DNA from: a virus | Lineage: Duplodnaviria; Caudoviricetes | DNA: 48,223 bases | Strand: one strand, 5' to 3' | IMG/VR virus record: IMGVR_UViG_3300016722_000148 | Span: 1-48,223 of that record | In this document: one piece after another, positions 45,700 to 48,223 of the stretch | How positions within the stretch are numbered: position 1 is the first letter of the stretch | Layout: the number at the start of each line of letters is the position of its first letter | Made by a program: the position numbers and the translations under genes | The notes under the pieces: generated by a model | What the model was told of the DNA's origin: nothing | The model's database searches: none | What the model saw: the letters and a program-made list of their open reading frames with translations, nothing else

Positions 45700-46920
45700 C
45701 TACTTTATTATATCAGGAAACTCTTTAATCAACTTTTCGTTATGCTCTCCGATGTTCTTTCGAAAATAATGCTCTGTCGTCGAAATTGATTTGTGTCTCA
45801 AATGCCTCTGCAATTCTTGCGTGTTAAACCCACTATTTATTAATGCCACAGCCCCCGAATGCTTAAAGCTATATAACTTATAAATACTTGGAAGATTCAT
45901 TTTTTTTCGGATGGCGTCAAATCGAAAACGAAAAGTATTTTTTCCCAGGCACTCCATGCCGGGTATGCCGTCTTTTCCAAACACATAATAATCGACCGGA
46001 TAATCATTCAAATGATAAACATTGATCATCTCTTCATAAAGTTGATCGGGGACATCTACCGATTCGCGCTTGCGGTTCTTGGCCAGCTCCTTCCTGATCA
46101 CAATAAAATGAGCATCAAAGTTGATATCGCCAATTTTCATAAGCCTCAGTTCCTGTCCTGGACGAATCGCACAATAGAATTGCATCAAGCATACAAGCCA
46201 CAGTTGCGGAGCTGCTACCACCATATAATCATGCAGCCGTTGCATCACTTCTACCGGTATAGGAACAGGCGCTTCGTCAACGACGTCTCCAATTCGTGGA
46301 ATATTATACACTGGATTCCGTTCGATAATTCCTTTCGTGTATTTCAAGTAGTCGAAAAAGTTGTAAAGTATCTGTCTATACTTTGCGATGGTACTCCGGC
46401 TGACATGGTTTTTATCATAAATAAAACGAAAAAAATCACAGATCATTTCATTCGTCCAATCTCCAATATGTAATGAATTATAAGAATTCTCTTCGCTCCA
46501 ATTAGCAAATATACGTAACTTTGATTTATAAGTCGTGTATGAATGCGCGACCACCTCTTGCTGTTTTCTCTTGAGGAATTCTGAAAGATAAGTCCTTACC
46601 GTTACCTTTGACACTCTTTTATTGCCGAATAACCTTATCGTATTATCATATAACAACTCATCGGTATATTCGATCGATTCGGACGCTTGGCAAGGCAGTT
46701 CATGGCGTATAATCTTCCGTTCTAATTCCGCCATTTCCTTTTTGCAATAAGACATACGCTGTTGTAGGTCATCAATCGTATTAATGCCCTCTGAATAACG
46801 CAAACGTTGTTTCTTTCCTATCTTTTGAACAAAGACAGAATACTCAATGTACCATTTTTTGGATAAATCACCGCCGAAATCATGTAACTGCGGTGCAATG
46901 TAATCTAATTTTTTTGTCAT
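45700..46920 (-). CDS. int: Tyrosine recombinase/integrase
   Basis: CAIRPGQELR (catalytic R), LAKN (K), YSFKHSGA (variant of HxxR), LRHKSISTTEHY (H, Y); adjacent to tRNA 3' end. Confidence 0.92.
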   Translation of the reverse strand: MTKKLDYIAPQLHDFGGDLSKKWYIEYSVFVQKIGKKQRLRYSEGINTIDDLQQRMSYCKKEMAELERKIIRHELPCQASESIEYTDELLYDNTIRLFGNKRVSKVTVRTYLSEFLKRKQQEVVAHSYTTYKSKLRIFANWSEENSYNSLHIGDWTNEMICDFFRFIYDKNHVSRSTIAKYRQILYNFFDYLKYTKGIIERNPVYNIPRIGDVVDEAPVPIPVEVMQRLHDYMVVAAPQLWLVCLMQFYCAIRPGQELRLMKIGDINFDAHFIVIRKELAKNRKRESVDVPDQLYEEMINVYHLNDYPVDYYVFGKDGIPGMECLGKNTFRFRFDAIRKKMNLPSIYKLYSFKHSGAVALINSGFNTQELQRHLRHKSISTTEHYFRKNIGEHNEKLIKEFPDIIK

Positions 46921-46936
46921 ATCAATTAGTTTTTTT

Positions 46937-46957
46937 CGAGTCGCATCGTATAACTAA
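46937..46957 (+). repeat. 21-bp direct repeat, copy 2, within the integrase leader hairpin
   Basis: Exact match to 773-793; nested in the inverted repeat AATTAGTT (46924-46931)/AACTAATT (46952-46959). Confidence 0.9.
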
Positions 46958-47002
46958 TTATCAATGATTTATCAATCGTCACATTTCTTTTTATCAAATT
47001 AC

Positions 47003-47029
47003 CGCTTGCAAACCATTGATTTGCAAGCG
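47003..47029. terminator. Inverted repeat downstream of the tRNA (terminator-like, att-associated)
   Basis: CGCTTGCAAA-CCATTGA-TTTGCAAGCG, 10-bp perfect stem. Confidence 0.6.
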
Positions 47030-47043
47030 ATTATCTTTGATTG

Positions 47044-47118
47044 TCGGGATGACTAGATTCGAACTAGCGACCACACGCCCCCCAGACGCGTACTCTAACC
47101 GGACTGAGCTACATCCCG
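47044..47118 (-). tRNA. trnP: tRNA-Pro(GGG), probable integration site
   Basis: Acceptor stem CGGGATG/CATCCCG, D-arm TAGCTCAGTCCGGTTAGAG, anticodon loop CT-GGG-GG, T-arm GTTCGAATC; CCA not encoded; -7 box TACTTTTG at 47137-47130. Confidence 0.96.
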
Positions 47119-47176
47119 AATTGCGAGTGCAAAAGTACAGCTTTATTTTGATTAATACAATAATAAAAGCCATTTT

Positions 47177-48223
47177 TTATTCCATACACTCTCTATAAAA
47201 ATCTAAAACCTCTTCAATTGTTTTCCTGTCCGCATGCTGATTAATTTGGATTTTACCGATATCTTCCAACAAAGTAAAATTAATCATATTATTTTCATTT
47301 TTTTTATCATGTAACATCAGCTGATAAAGATGATCATAATCATCACAAACGAAAGAAAAAGTTCCATAGTTCTCCTTAATAAAATGAATCGTCTGCCGCA
47401 TATTCTCTTTTGGAAAGCCAGATTTAACACAACTCATATAAAGTTCGCAAACCATTCCATAAGCAACAGCATAACCATGCAAAATGGGCTTTTGTCTAGC
47501 CAAAGCCAAACTTTCAAAAGCATGACCAAAAGTATGACCGAAGTTCAGCGCTTTGCGAATACCTTTTTCATTAGGATCTTGAGCAACCACCTTTTCTTTA
47601 ATCTGAATACTTTGACCAACTAGTTTCTTTAACAAGATATAATCAACATCGTCGAAATCAAAATTTAAAAGTTCCGCCCAATAAGAGACATCACTAATAA
47701 GCCCATGTTTCAACATCTCAGCATAACCGGATAATATATTATAGCGATCAAGAGTACGAAGAAAATCCGTATTAATCAACACAAGATTGGCTGCATTAAA
47801 CACCCCTATTTCGTTTTTCAGACCATTAAAGTTTATCCCTGTTTTACCACCAACCGAAGCGTCAACCATAGCCAACAGCGTTGTCGGAACATTAATATAA
47901 TTGATTCCTCTTTTAAAAGTAGAAGCTGCAAATCCACCCAAATCGGTAATCATCCCACCACCTAAATTAATAAGAAGCGAGTGACGAGAAGCGCCCTTTT
48001 CACTCAAGAAGTTCCACACACTAACTAACGTTTGGATATTCTTATTTAAATCTTCAGCACCTACAGCAAGCGTTTGCAAATCACCTAAAGAGCTCAACAG
48101 GAAAGGTAGACAGAGCTTCTCCGTATGCACATCCACAAGCACAAACACCTTATCATGTTCGCAATGCTCAACAGCAGCCTCTATCTCTGCTTTAAAATCC
48201 GTACAAAGCACAACATTCTTCAT
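47177..48223 (-). CDS. aroB: 3-dehydroquinate synthase (host gene)
   Basis: LGGGMITDLGGF, PTTLLAMVDASVGGKTGIN, KNEIG, AEMLKH, LNFGHTFGHAFE, HGYAVAYG. Confidence 0.96.
   Translation of the reverse strand: MKNVVLCTDFKAEIEAAVEHCEHDKVFVLVDVHTEKLCLPFLLSSLGDLQTLAVGAEDLNKNIQTLVSVWNFLSEKGASRHSLLINLGGGMITDLGGFAASTFKRGINYINVPTTLLAMVDASVGGKTGINFNGLKNEIGVFNAANLVLINTDFLRTLDRYNILSGYAEMLKHGLISDVSYWAELLNFDFDDVDYILLKKLVGQSIQIKEKVVAQDPNEKGIRKALNFGHTFGHAFESLALARQKPILHGYAVAYGMVCELYMSCVKSGFPKENMRQTIHFIKENYGTFSFVCDDYDHLYQLMLHDKKNENNMINFTLLEDIGKIQINQHADRKTIEEVLDFYRECME

Larger units (their letters stand above)
1..47043. mobile_element. Temperate Bacteroidales prophage (siphovirus-like), integrated next to tRNA-Pro; left boundary outside the window
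   Basis: Replication, head, terminase, portal, tape measure, tail, lysis and integrase genes; integrase abuts the 3' end of a tRNA; host aroB beyond it; Bacteroidota TAnnTTTG promoters throughout. Confidence 0.95.

Noticed and set aside
773-46957. 21-bp repeat as the prophage att core
   Set aside because: Not preferred, though not excluded: phage-like Cro and LuxR genes lie outside the left copy, and the integrase sits beside a tRNA 3' end, the usual target.
47016-47198. 60-aa ORF
   Set aside because: Antisense translation of the tRNA-Pro gene.

Overview
The window is almost entirely a temperate Bacteroidales siphovirus-type prophage (1 to ~47,040; its left end and repressor lie outside the window). 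It abuts the 3' end of a host tRNA-Pro(GGG), which is followed by host aroB. Modules in order: early regulation and replication (Cro-like HTH, LuxR-type HTH, AAA loader, VirE-like ATPase, iteron origin), C5 methylase and accessory genes, head (S49 protease, capsid), terminase, a ~6 kb accessory island with a C4/CI-like antisense RNA and an antirepressor, portal/neck/tail, lysis, Dam-type methylase, an acidic-protein/HTH operon and the integrase. The best-supported special system is a compact diversity-generating retroelement (DGR) in the tail operon: VR 37413-37509 and TR 37567-37663 differ at 16 positions, all TR adenines. It has no avd gene, and its RT carries a fused ~128-aa C-terminal domain. 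Non-coding signals read directly from the sequence: (i) a 21-bp sequence in the early operon exactly complementary to the hairpin occluding the integrase start codon; (ii) four late-type promoters GTCCTTT-N20-TAnnTTTG with identical spacing; (iii) a two-state RNA switch upstream of the Dam gene sharing a 17-mer with the antirepressor 3' end; (iv) a possible recoding site at 12652-12670. Family assignments come from motif recognition, not database searches.
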